A DNA stretch of 64,000 nucleotides from Bugula neritina. Taxonomy: Eukaryota; Animalia; Bryozoa. The DNA lies in the NCBI GenBank assembly GCA_964035545.1, contig OZ037771.1:15657289-15721288 (forward strand). The letters are read 5' to 3'. Under the pieces are notes generated by a model. That model was not told the DNA's origin. It saw nothing but the letters and a program-made list of their open reading frames with translations, and did not search any database. Below are positions 15,001 through 30,000 of this stretch, in pieces (position 1 is the first letter of the stretch; every line of letters starts with the position of its first letter). Made by a program: the position numbers and the translations under genes.

Positions 15001-18000
15001 GTATGTACAAGGTAAGGCAACTCCTTCACACAGTATGTACAAGGTAAGGTAACTCCTTCACACAGTATATATTATACTGCAGCTGCCAGAGCTGCTGCTG
15101 ACACGAGGTCCCCGCACGGAGGGAGCATCTCTGGGGAAGGAGAGGAAGCGGCGCCCTCTATCGGGTGGTAAAGACCTGCAGAAGGCGTTTCTGTCTGTTC
15201 ACGAGTCCATCAGTGGGTCGACTCCTCGCAGATACATGTCCTTCCTCCGCACCTACGAGAACGTCTACCGGGAGAAGAAGGCGGGGATAGCGTCTAAACA
15301 GGGCCATCTTGAGGTACACAGTCTATGTGTTGTGTGTATGTAAGCTGTGCTCTCATTGGTTGCATCTGTATGGAGTGTGCTTCTAAACTGCCTTCTCATT
15401 GGCTATATCATGATTATGCATTTTTTTTTCAAGGCCGGCGTCTCTAAGCTGACTGAAGCTAAAGATCTGGTGGATAACTTGAAGCGCAAAGCTGGTGAGC
15501 AATCCTTGCTGCTGGCCGAGAAGCAGACAGAGGCTGACGCTGCCTTGAAGGAAATCACTGTTGCTATGCAGGTGAAAGACTAAGGCTATAGATTGTTATA
15601 CTGTTGCTATGCAGGTGAAAGACTAATGCTATAGATTGTTATACTGTTGCTATGCAGGTGAAGGACTAAGGCTATAGATTGTTATACTGTTGCTATGCAG
15701 GTGAAGGACTAAGGCTATAGATTGTTATACTGTTGCTATGCAGGTGAAGGACTAATGCTATAGATTGTTATACTGTTGCTATGCAGGTGAAGGACTAATG
15801 CTATAGATTGTTATGCTGTTGCTATGCAGGTGAAGGACTAAGGCTATAGATTGTTATACTGTTGCTATGCAGGTGAAGGACTAAGGCTATAGATTGTTAT
15901 ACTGTTGCTCTGACTACCATTTTGTAGAATGCTGGGGAACAAAAGACTGAAATGGAAGAGCTGAAAAAGCAGGTGGCTAAGGAAAATGAGCAACTTGAGA
16001 AGAGGAAGAGAGCCATAGACGTGGAACTCTCGGAGATTGAGCCACTCGTTCAGGTAAACCAAAAGTATAGAGTATATATAGAGTATAGAGTATATATAGA
16101 GTATAAGGTATATATAGAGTATATATAGAGTGTATATAGAGTATAGAGTATATATAGAGTATAGAGTATATATAGAGTATAAGGTATATATAGAGTATAT
16201 ATAGAGTGTATATAGAGTATAGAGTATATATAGAGTATAGAGTATATATAGAGTATAAGGTATATATAGAGTATATATAGAGTGTATATAGAGTATGTAT
16301 AGAGTATATATAGAGTATAGAGTATATATAGAGTATATATAGTATATATAGTATATATAGAATATAGAGTATAGAGTAAAGAGTATATATAGAGTGTATA
16401 TAGAGTGTAGAGTATATATAGAGTGTATATAGAGTGTATATAGAGTATATACAGAGTATATATAGAGTATATATAGAGTATAGAATATATATAGAATATA
16501 TATAGAATATAGAGTATATATAGAGTATATATAGAGTGTATATAGAGTGAATATAGAGTATATGCTGCACACACAGGAAGCCAGAGCTGCCGTAGGAAAC
16601 ATCAAGAACGAGTCTCTCTCGGAGATCAGGTCTCTTAGAGCTCCGCCAGACATCATCAGAGATATTCTCAAAGGAGTTCTCATGTTGGTTGGAATCTATG
16701 ACACATCTTGGGTCAGCATGAAGAGGTACGTTACACCCCCTTCTGTCACACCCCCTCTGTCACACCCCCTCTGTCACACCCCTTCTGTTACCCTCGCCTC
16801 TGTCACACCCCTTCTGTCACACCCCCTCTGTCACACCCCCACCCTTTGTCACACATTATATAACCTGTCTATATTATATAACTTTTATATATTATATTAC
16901 TGTATATATTATATAGCCTGTTTATATTATATAACTTGTATATATTATATTACTGTATATTTTATATTACCTGTCTATATTATATAACTTGTATATATTA
17001 TATTACTGTATATATTATATTACTGTATATATTATATTACTGTATATGTTATATAACTTGTCTATATTATATAACTTGTATTATGCCGGAGTATGTCGTA
17101 TAGTTTCTTAGCAAAAAGAGGTATGAAAGAGGAAATTCAGACGTTTGACGCCCGTAAGGTAACCAGTGACATGCGAGCTCAGGTTGAGACACTCCTCACC
17201 GAGAACTCTGACTCATTCGACCCTCAGAAAGCAAAGAGAGGCTCAGCCGCAGCCGCCCCACTCGCTGCTTGGGTCAGGGCCAACGTGAAATTTAGCTATG
17301 TGCTGGAGAAGATCGGGCCTTTGGAGCAAGAGCAGAACCAGTTGAAGAAGTGAGTTAAACTCGTAGAACTTTACTAATAGTTAGTGTGAGTTAGAACTCG
17401 TAGAGTTACTAATAGTGTGAGTTAGAACTCGTAGAGTTACTGATAGTTAGTGTGAGTTAGAACTCGTAGAGTTACTAATAGTTAGTGTGAGTTAGAACTC
17501 GTAGAGTTACTGATAGTTAGTGTGAGTTAGAACTCGTAGAGTTACTAATAGTTAGTGTGAGTTAGAACTCGTAGAGTTACTAATAGTTAGTGTGAGTTAG
17601 AACTGTAATGTGAATAATATATTGCAGAAACTTACAAAAAGCAGAAAGTAAACTGGAGAAACTGGTGCAAGCTTTGTCTGAGGTTGATAGAAAAGTCGCT
17701 GGACTGAGAGACAAGTTTGAGAAGGTAGGACAACTTCCAGTATGTTTTTAGCTGAATAGAAGTGAGAGGTAGATCAAGTGTAAGTTATATGAGTATCTAG
17801 CACTGAATAGAAGTGAGAGGTAGATCAAGTGTAAGTTATATGAGTATATAGCACTGAATAGAAGTGAGAGGTAGATCAAGTGTAAGTTACATGAGTATCT
17901 AGCACTTACTGTACTTCTACATTTCAGACTACAACAGAAGCCACGAGACTGAAGATAGATCTGGATAAAGCTACGGAGACTATCAGTGCAGCTGAGAGTC

Positions 18001-21000
18001 TTGTAGGCAAGTTGGATGGAGAGTATAACAGGTGGAGTACTCAGGTATGTATCATCATATAGTATATCATTATATAGTATAGTATATCACCATATAGTAT
18101 AATATATCATCATATAGTATAGTATATCATCATATAGTATAGTATATCATCATATAGTATAGTATATCATCATATAGTATAGTATATCATTATATAGTAT
18201 AGTATATCATCATATAGTATAGTATATCATCATATAGTATAGTATATCATCATATAGTATAGTATATCATTATATAATCTAATATAATATATGATATATA
18301 ATATGATATATACTCATCTGATACTGTATATCTATTTTGTAGGTCGGGGAGTTGTCTTCCCTACTAAAAGAGCTGCCAATGAAGTCTCTACTAGCGTCTG
18401 CTTTCATCACATACATGCCGGCAGCTCCAGAGGATGTGAGGCAGGAGAGACTCAAGTCCTGGATGGAGCTGACCGGGGTTCAAACCTTCAATCTGCGCCG
18501 ATTTATGAGTACTGAGAGCGAGCAGTTAATCTGGAAAGGTCAAGGACTACCATCGGATGACCTCAGCATGGAGAATGCTCTGATAATTCTGCAGGTACAC
18601 AGGCTAAACTTGTGTTAGCTCAGTAACCCTGCCTTACCGTGTGCTAATAATTCATGTCATGTACAGCCTACTAACAGCTACACCTCATGTCTACATGCTG
18701 CTTGTTCTGTTTAATCTAGATTAACCAATGCTCAGTTGGGGTAAGACAGCTACTTTATATACACTATTGATATACTCAAACTATACACACAGTATACTGT
18801 ATATACACTGCTGATATACTTAGAGTATATACACAGTATACTGTATATACACTGTTGATATACTCAAAGTATATACACAGTATACTGTATATACACTATT
18901 GATATACTCAAAGTATATACACAGTATACTGTATATACACTGTTGATATACTCAAAGTATATACACAGTATACTGTATATACACTATTGATATACTCAAA
19001 GTATATACACAGTATACTGTATATACACTGTTGATATACTCAAAGTATATACACAGTATACTGTATATACACTATTGATATACTCAAAGTATATACACAG
19101 TATACTGTATATACACTGTTGATATACTCAAAGTATATACACAGTATACTGTATATACACTATTGATATACTCAAAGTATATACACAGTATACTGTATAT
19201 ACACTATTGATATACTCAAAGTATATACACAGTATACTGTATATACACTGTAGTCTCATTAGTCAATTAGTGTGATTGGCTGCTTTATTTCTTTATTTTC
19301 ACATTTTCACAACTCCATGTGAAAACTCAGGTTTTGCCACACTTTCTGTAGACGGAGATGTTGTGTATATACGTTATGTAATGCGTGATATCTATGTTCT
19401 GCTGTTACATGATACGTGTGTTTTATGTGTTTCACAGTGTTTGTAGTTATATATACAATACAAGGCGTATATTACCCATCATATATATGTGTTACACAGT
19501 GTTTGTAGTTATATATACAATACAAGGCGTATATTACCCATCATATATATGTGTTACACAGTGTTAGTAGTTATTTATACAATACAAGGCGTATATTACC
19601 CATCATATATATGTGTTACACAGTGTTTGTAGTTATATATACAATACAAGGCGTATATTACCCACCATATATGTGTTATGCAGTATTAGTTATCATATAT
19701 ATTATTTAGTTTAGTGGTATGCTTACGCTACACATGCTTTACTTCTTAGTGTGAGTGATTTGTAGAGTTAGTTCATCTCCATCATAAACAGTGATTTTAT
19801 TATGATTGCGGACTGTTTATAGACCGCCCTCAGACCTTATCTTGTGGACCCAAGTTCTCGGGCTACAGAGTGGCTGAAGGTTCATTTGAAAGAGCAGAAG
19901 TTGGAAGTTGTAAACCAGCAGGTTAGACATGATGATAATATACTGTATTATATGATAATATACTGTATTATATGATAATATACTGTATTATATGATAACA
20001 TACTGTATTATACGATAATATACTGTATTATATGATATTATACTGTATTATACGATAACATACTGTATTATACGATAGTATACTGTATTATACGATAGTA
20101 TACCGTATTATACTGTATGTTGACAGGATGCTAATTTCACTACTAGTGTGGAACTGGCTGTAAGATTTGGCAAGACTCTCATCATACAGGAAATGGATAC
20201 AATTGAACCAATTCTCTATCCTCTGCTCCGAGGTGACCTCATCAGGTGGGATTATCTCCTCTTCTATCAAAGTTATATTTACTCTGTGGCTCAGTATACT
20301 GTTCTAGTATATAATATACTGTTCTAGTATGATGTGCTGTATATAGTATTGTGGTATGTACTGTATATAGTATTGTGGTATGTACTGTATATAGTATTGT
20401 GGTATGTACTGTATGTAATATTATGGTATGTACTGTATGTAATATTATGGTATGTACTGTATATAATATTATGGTATGTACTGTATATAATATTATGGTA
20501 TGTACTGTATATAATATTATGGTATGTACTGTATATAATATTATGGTATGTACTGTATATAATATTATGGTATATACTGTATATAATATTATGGTATGTA
20601 CTGTATATAATATTATGGTATGTACTGTATATAATATTGTGGTATGTACTGTATATAATATTATGGTATGTACTGTATATAATATTATGGTATGTACTGT
20701 ATATAATATTATGGTATGTACTGTATATAATATTATGGTATGTACTGTATATAGTATTATGGTATGTACTGTATGTAATATTATGGTATATACTGTATAT
20801 AATATTATAGTATGTATTGTATATAATATTGTGGTATATACTGTATATAATATTGTGGTATGTACTGTATATAATATTGTGGTATGTACTGTATATAATA
20901 TTATGGTATGTACTGTATATAATATTATGGTATGTACTGTATATAATATTATGGTATGTACTGTATATAATATTATGGTATGTACTGTATATAGTATTAT

Positions 21001-24000
21001 GGTATGTACTGTATATAATATTATGGTATGTACTGTATATAATATTATGGTATGTACTGTATATAATATTGTGGTATGTACTGTATATAATATTATGGTA
21101 TGTACTGTATATAATATTATGGTATGTACTGTATGTAATATTATGGTATGTACTGTATATAATATTGTGGTATGTACTGTATATTATATTATGGTATGTA
21201 CTGTATATAATGTTATGGTATATACTGTATATAATATTGTGGTATGTACTGTATATAATATTATGGTATGTACTGTATATAATATTATGGTATGTACTGT
21301 GTATTCCAGTCAAGGGCCGAGGTACGTGGTGCAGGTTGGAGAAAAGATGATAGACTACAACGAAGACTTCAAACTCTTCATGACTACCAGAAACCCGGCA
21401 CCTGAGATCCCTCCAGATGGTCTGGCTGTCATTACAGAAGTTAACTTTACAACTACCAGAGCTGGTTTAACTGGCCAAGTTAGTGTATAGTATAATATCG
21501 TGCCAGTATGTAGTACATTGATAGTACATAGTATACTGTTAGTATATAGTATACTGTTAGTATATAGTATACTGTTAGTACATAGTATACTGTTAGTATA
21601 TAGTATACTGTTAGTACATAGTATACTGTTAGTATATAGTATACTGTTAGTACATAGTATACTGTTAGTATATAGTATACTGTTAGTACATAGTATACTG
21701 TTAGTACATAGTATACTGTTAGTACATAGTATACTGTTAGTACATAGTACACTGTTAGTACATAGTATGCTGTTAGTACATAGTATACTGTTAGTACATA
21801 GTATACTGTTAGTACATAGTATACTGTTAGTACATAGTATACTGTTAGTACATATTATACTGTTAGTACATAGTATACTGTTAGTACATAGTATACTGTT
21901 AGTACATAGTATACTGTTGGTACATAGTATACTGTTGGTACATAGTATACTGTTAGTACATAGTATACTGTTAGTACATAGTATACTGTTAGTACATAGT
22001 ATACTGTTAGTACATAGTATACTGTTAGTACATAGTATATAGTACACTGTTAGTGTATATCATGACTGTAGCTGTTGGCACAAACTATTCAACACGAGAA
22101 GCCAGAGTTAGAAGTGAGAAAAACTGAACTGTTGAAAACGGAAGAGGATTTAAAGATACAATTGGCTAAACTGGAAGAATCTTTACTAGAAGAGCTTGCT
22201 AATGCTAAAGGTGGGTGCTTACAGTTATAGTTACACTCTCTCTCAGTTATACTCTCTCACAGTTATACTCTCTCCCAGTTATACTCTCTCTCAGTTATAC
22301 TCTCTCCCAGTTATACTCTTTCTCAGTTATACTCTCTCACAGTTATACTCTCTCACAGTTATACTCTCTCTCAGTTATACTCTCTCTCAGTTATACTCTC
22401 TCAGTTATACTCTCTCTCAGTTATACTCTCTCTCTCAGTTATACTCTCTCACAGTTATACTCTCTCACAGTCATACTCTCTCACAGTTATACTCTCTCTC
22501 AGTTATACTCTCTCACAGTTATACTCTCTCTCAGTTATACTCTCACAGTTATACTCTCTCACAGTTATACTCTCTCTCAGTTATACTCTCTCTCAGTTAT
22601 ACTCTCTCACAGTTATACTCTCTCTCAGTTATACTCTCTCACAGTTATACTCTCACAGTTATACTCTTTCTCAGTTATACTCTCTCAGTTATACTCTCTC
22701 ACAGTTATACTCTCTCTCAGTTATACTCTCTCTCAGTTATACTCTCTCTCAGTTATACTCTCACAGTTATACTCTCTCACAGTTATACTCTCTCACAGTT
22801 ATACTCTCTGACAGTCATACTCTCTCACAGTTATACTCTCTCTCAGTTATACTCTCTCTCAGTTATACTCTCTCACAGTTATACTCTCTCAGTTATACTC
22901 TCTCTCAGTTATACTCTCTGACAGTCATACTCTCTCACAGTTATACTCTCTCTCAGTTATACTCTCTCACAGTTATACTCTCTCACAGTTATACTCTCTC
23001 TCAGTTATACTCTCTCTCAGTTATACTCTCTCTCAGTTATACTCTCACAGTTATACTCTCTCACAGTTATACTCTCTCTCAGTTATACTCTCTCTCAGTT
23101 ATACTCTCTCACAGTTATACTCTCTCTCTCAGTTATACTCTCTCACAGTTATACTCTCACAGTTATACTCTCTCTCAGTTATACTCTCTCTCAGTTATAC
23201 TCTCTCAGTTATACTCTCTCACAGTTATACTCTCTCACAGTTATACTCTCTCTCAGGTAACATACTGGAGAACAAGGAGCTGCTGGACTCCCTCAATCAG
23301 ACCAAAGCTAGTAGCACTACAATCACAGACTCACTCCAGGAGAGCATCAGACTCCAGGCTGATTTGGACAAGGTGAGTGTCACATGACTCGGTCATATCA
23401 CTTGGTCACATGACTCGGTCACATGACCATATTGGAGGCCAACTTGGCATTCAGAACATTAAACCGATATTTTGTCACACAGGAACGAGATGCCTTCTTG
23501 CCACTGGCAGCCAATGGGAGTCGACTGTTCTTTGTCATCATGGACCTGGCCAAGATAAACAACATGTACAGATTCTCTCTCGCCTCCTTCCTCCGCCTCT
23601 TCCAGAGATCTCTTGACTCTGGCAGCTCCACGGCCTCCATGGATATGAGAATCAAATCCCTCAACAGTCAGCTCCAGCACCTGGTATACGAATATGTGTG
23701 TAGGTAAGTGTAAGTAACTAGTATGTATGTGTGTAGGTAAGTGTAAGTAACTAGTATGTATGTGTGTAGGTAAGTGTAAGTAACTAGTATGTATGTGTGT
23801 AGGTAAGTGTAAGTAACTAGTATGTATGTGTGTAGGTAAGTGTAAGTAACTAGTATGTATGTGTGTAGGTAAGTGTAAGTAACTAGTATGTATGTGTGTA
23901 GGTAAGTGTAAGTAGCTAGTATGTATGTGTAGAGGTAAGTAACTAGTGTATGTGTAGAGGTAAGTAACTAGTGTATGTGTAGAGGTAAGTAACTAGTGTA

Positions 24001-27000
24001 TGTGTAGAGGTAAGTAACTAGTGTCCGTCTACACACAGGTCGCTGTTCAAGGCAGACAGGCTGATGTTTGCCCTCCACATGGCACACGGAATGTTCCCGG
24101 AGCAGTTCAAGGACAAGGAGTGGGATTTGTTCTCCGGGCTCATAGTCTCAGATATTAAGACAGACTCTAGTAAACACGACAGAGAGTTTCCTCAGTGGCT
24201 TGATCAGGATAGGGTGGGGGCAGTTGCCCTTCTTAAGTCTACCCTCCCTCAGCTCTACCAACTTCTGTGTTTACAGGTACTTAACAGATGTATGCATGTA
24301 TGTATGTACACAAGTATATACATACACATGTATGTACGTACACATGTATATACGTACACATGTATATACGTACACATGTATATACGTACACATGTATGTA
24401 TGTACACATGTATGTACACATGTATATACGTACACATGTATGTATGTACACATGTATGTACACATGTATATACGTACACATGTATGTATGTACACATGTA
24501 TGTACGTACACATGTATGTATGTACACATGCATGTACATACACATGTATGTATGTACACATGCATGTACATACACATGTATGTATGTACACATGTATATA
24601 CGTACACATGTATATACGTACACATGTATGTATGTACACATGTATATACGTACACATGTATATACATACACATGTATGTACGTACACATGTATATACGTA
24701 CACATGTATATACGTACACATGTATATACGTACACATGTATGTATGTACACATGTATGTACACATGTATATACGTACACATGTATGTATGTACACATGTA
24801 TGTACACATGTATATACGTACACATGTATGTATGTACACATGTATGTACGTACACATGTATGTATGTACACATGCATGTACATACACATGTATGTATGTA
24901 CACATGCATGTACATACACATGTATGTATGTACACATGTATATACGTACACATGTATATACGTACACATGTATGTATGTACACATGCATGTACATACACA
25001 TGTATGTATGTACACATGTATATACGTACACATGTATATACGTACACATGTATGTATGTACACATGTATGTACACATGTATATACGTACACATGTATGTA
25101 TGTACACATGTATGTACACATGTATATACGTACACATGTATGTACGTACACATGTATATACGTACACATGTATATACGTACACATGTATATACGTACACA
25201 TGTATGTATGTACACATGTATGTACACATGTATATACGTACACATGTATGTATGTACACATGTATGTACACATGTATATACGTACACATGTATGTATGTA
25301 CACATGTATGTACGTACACATGTATGTATGTACACATGCATGTACATACACATGTATGTATGTACACATGCATGTACATACACATGTATGTATGTACACA
25401 TGTATATACGTACACATGTATATACGTACACATGTATGTATGTACACATGTATATACGTACACATGTATATACATACACATGTATGTACGTACACATGTA
25501 TATACGTACACATGTATATACGTACACATGTATATACGTACACATGTATGTATGTACACATGTATGTACACATGTATATACGTACACATGTATGTATGTA
25601 CACATGTATGTACACATGTATATACGTACACATGTATGTATGTACACATGTATGTACGTACACATGTATGTATGTACACATGCATGTACATACACATGTA
25701 TGTATGTACACATGCATGTACATACACATGTATGTATGTACACATGTATATACGTACACATGTATGTACGTACACATGTATGTATGTACACATGTATGTA
25801 CACATGTATATACGTACACATGTATGTATGTACACATGTATGTACACATGTATGTATGTACACATGTATGTACACATGTATGTACGTACACATGTATGTA
25901 CGTACACATGTATGTACACATGTATATACGTACACATGTATGTACGTACACATGTATGTACACATGTATGTACGTACACATGTATGTATGCACACATATT
26001 GTATGTCTCCAGGACACCGACTTGTGGACTCACTTTGCCCGAAGCAATCAATGTGATCAGGACTTTCCCTCCAGCATCCAGAAGAAAATCTCTCCTTTCC
26101 AGGAGTTACTTCTGGTGCAGGCGGCAAGGCCAGACCGTCTGCAGAGTGCCATGAGCTCCTTCGCCTGCAAGTCTCTCGGTCTCAAGGAGTTGTCTCCTCC
26201 GACTGTCAACTTGAAGAAACTCTACTCCACTGAGACGCTGGCCACTGAGCCTATATTAGTTATTATCTCCCCTGGAGCAGATCCATCTCAGGAACTAGAA
26301 GAGTTGGCGAGAGAGTTCGTTGGGGAAGATAAATATCATCAGGTGTTGTTAATATACTGTACTTACTGTACAGTACTTACCATGCTGTACTTACTGTACT
26401 GTACTTACTATACTGTACTGTACTTATCATATTATACTTACTATATTGCACTTACTATATACTGTACTTACTAAACTGTACTTACTGTACATAATATACT
26501 GTACTTGTTATATTGTACTTACCATGCTGTACTTACTGTACAGTACTTACCATACTGTACTTACTATACTGTACTTACTGTACAGTACTTACTATACTGT
26601 ACTGTACTTACCATATTATACTTACCATACTGTTGTGTGAATGCAGGTGGCAATGGGCCAAGGTCAGGCTGACATTGCCATGCAGCTGCTTCAGGAATGT
26701 TCCAGAAGTGGCGAGTGGTTGTGTCTGAAAAACCTTCACCTTGTCACCTCCTGGCTGCCAACCTTGGAGAAGGAGCTGAACTCTCTGCAGCCTCACCAGA
26801 TGTTCAGACTCTGGCTGACGGCTGAGGTGCACCTCCGGTTCCCCACCATCCTCCTCCAGTCCAGTCTCAAGATCACCTACGAGGCTCCACCTGGCATCAA
26901 AAAGAACCTGCAGCGGACGTTTGACTCATGGACACCGCAGTTCTTCACTGAAGGGGCGAATGTGGCTCGGTCTCAGGCGCTCTTTGCTCTCGCCTGGTTC

Positions 27001-30000
27001 CACGCCGTCTGTCAGGAGAGGAGAAACTTCATTCCTCAGGTATACACACGTGTCTACACACGTGTAGACACATGTGTAGACACACGTGTATCTGCATATG
27101 TATATATACATGTAGACACACAGCAGTAAAATATCTTGCTGTATCTGCTCTGTGTCGTAGGGGTGGACCAAGTTCTATGAGTTTTCCATGTCGGATTTGC
27201 GGGCCGGTGCGGATATTATAGACAGGCTGTGTAGAAGAGCTGGCAAAAATGATGTAGCCTGGAACTTTGTCCACGGACTGTATGAGCAGGCTATTTATGG
27301 GGGGAGAGTAGACAACCCTTTCGATATTCAGGTACATCACTAGATTCACAGTCTTTATCATGCAGTTTAATGTAATATAAGAGAGTGTAATATAAGAGAG
27401 TATAATATAAGAGAGTATAATATAAGAGAGTATAATATAAGAGAGTATAATATAAGAGAGTATAATATAAGAGAGTATAATATAAGAGAGTATAATATAA
27501 GAGAGTATAATATAAGAGAGTATAATATAAGAGAGTATAATATAAGAGAGTATAATATAAGAGAGTATAATATAAGATAGTATAATATAAGAGAGTATAA
27601 TATAAGAGAGTATAATATAAGAGAGTATAATATAAGACAGTATAATATAAGAGAGTATAATATGAGAGAGTATAATATAAGAGAGTGTAATATAAGAGAG
27701 TATAATATAAGACAGTATAATATAAGAGAGTATAATATAAGAGAGTATAATATAAGACAGTATAATATAAGAGAGTATAATATAAGACAGTATAATATAA
27801 GAGAGTATAATATAAGAGAGTGTAATATAAGAGAGTATAATATAAGACAGTATAACATAAGAGAGTATAATATAAGAGAGTATAATATAAGAGAGTATAA
27901 TATAAGAGAGTGTAATATAAGAGAGTATAATATAACAGAGTATAATATAAGAGAGTATAATATAAGAGAGTGTAATATAAGAGAGTATAATATAAGAGAG
28001 TATAATATAAGACAGTATAATATAAGAGAGTATAATATAAGAGAGTGTAATATAAGAGAGTATAATATAAGACAGTATAATATAAGACAGTATAATATAA
28101 GAGAGTGTAATATAAGAGAGTATAATATAAGACAGTATAATATAAGACAGTATAATATAAGAGAGTATAATATAAGAGAGTGTAATATAAGAGAGTATAA
28201 TATAAGACAGTATAATATAAGAGAGTATAATATAAGAGAGTGTAATATAAGAGAGTATAATATAAGAGAGTATAATATAAGAGAGTATAATATAAGAGAG
28301 TATAATATAAGAGAGTGTAATATAAGAGAGTATAATATAAGAGAGTGTAATATAAGAGAGTGTAATATAAGAGAGTATAATATAAGAGAGTATAATATAA
28401 GAGAGTATAATATAAGAGAGTATAATATAAGAGAGTATAATATAAGAGAGTATAATATAAGAGAGTGTAATATAAGAGAGTGTAATATAAGAGAGTATAA
28501 TATAAGACAGTATAATATAAGAGAGTATAATATAAGAGAGTATAAACTATATAATATAAGAGAGTATAATATAAGAGAGTATAATATAAGAGAGTATAAT
28601 ATAAGAGAGTATAATATAAGACAGTATAATATAAGAGAGTATAATATAAGACAGTATAACATAAGAGAGTATAATATAAGAGAGTATAATATAAGAGAGT
28701 ATAATATAAGAGAGTATAATATAAGAGAGTATGATATAAGACAGTATAATATAAGAGAGTATAATATAAGAGAGTATAATATAAGAGAGTATAATATAAG
28801 ACAGTATAATATAAGAGAGTATAATATAAGACAGTATAATATAAGAGAGTATAATATAAGACAGTATAATATAAGAGAGTATAATATAAGAGAGTATAAT
28901 ATAAGAGAGTATAATATAAGACAGTATAATATAAGAGAGTATAATATAAGACAGTATAATATAAGAGAGTATAATATAAGAGAGTATAATATAAGACAGT
29001 ATAATATAAGACAGTATAATATAAGAGAGTATAATATAAGAGAGTATAATATAAGAGAGTATAATATAAGAGAGTATAATATAAGAGAGTATAATATAAG
29101 AGAGTATAATATAAGACAGTATAATATAAGAGAGTATAATATAAGAGAGTATGATATAAGAGAGTATAATATAAGAGAGTATGATATAAGACAGTATAAT
29201 ATAAGACAGTATAATATAAGAGAGTATAATATAAGAGAGTATAATATAAGACAGTATAATATAAGAGAGTATAATATAAGACAGTATAATATAAGAGAGT
29301 ATAATATAAGAGAGTATAATATAAGAGAGTATAATATAAGAGAGTATAATATAAGACAGTATAATATAAGAGAGTATAATATAAGACAGTATAATATAAG
29401 AGAGTATAATATAAGAGAGTATAATATAAGAGAGTATAATATAAGAGAGTATAATATAAGAGAGTATAATATAAGACAGTATAATATAAGACAGTATAAT
29501 ATAAGACAGTATAATATAAGAGAGTATAATATAAGAGAGTGTAATATAAGAGAGTATAATATAAGAGAGTATAATATAAGACAGTATAATATAAGAGAGT
29601 ATAATATAAGAGAGTATAATATAAGAGAGTATAATATAAGACAGTATAATATAAGACAGTATAATATAAGACAGTATAATATAAGACAGTATAATATAAG
29701 AGAGTATAATATAAGAGAGTGTAATATAAGAGAGTATAATATAAGAGAGTATAATATAAGACAGTATAATATAAGAGAGTATAATATAAGAGAGTATAAT
29801 ATAAGAGAGTATAATATAAGACAGTATAATATAAGACAGTATAATATAAGAGAGTATAATATAAGAGAGTATAATATAAGACAGTATAATATAAGAGAGT
29901 ATAATATAAGAGAGTATAATATAAGAGAGTATAATATAAGAGAGTATAATATAAGACAGTATAATATAAGAGAGTATAATATAAGAGAGTATAATATAAG

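Noticed and set aside
14103-15070. CRISPR-like 30-45 bp periodic repeats
   Set aside because: Head-to-tail units with no unique spacers, eukaryotic intron context and no cas genes.
24064-26474. Six overlapping 578-728 aa ORFs
   Set aside because: RY alternation cannot encode stop codons; only the dynein exon portions are real.
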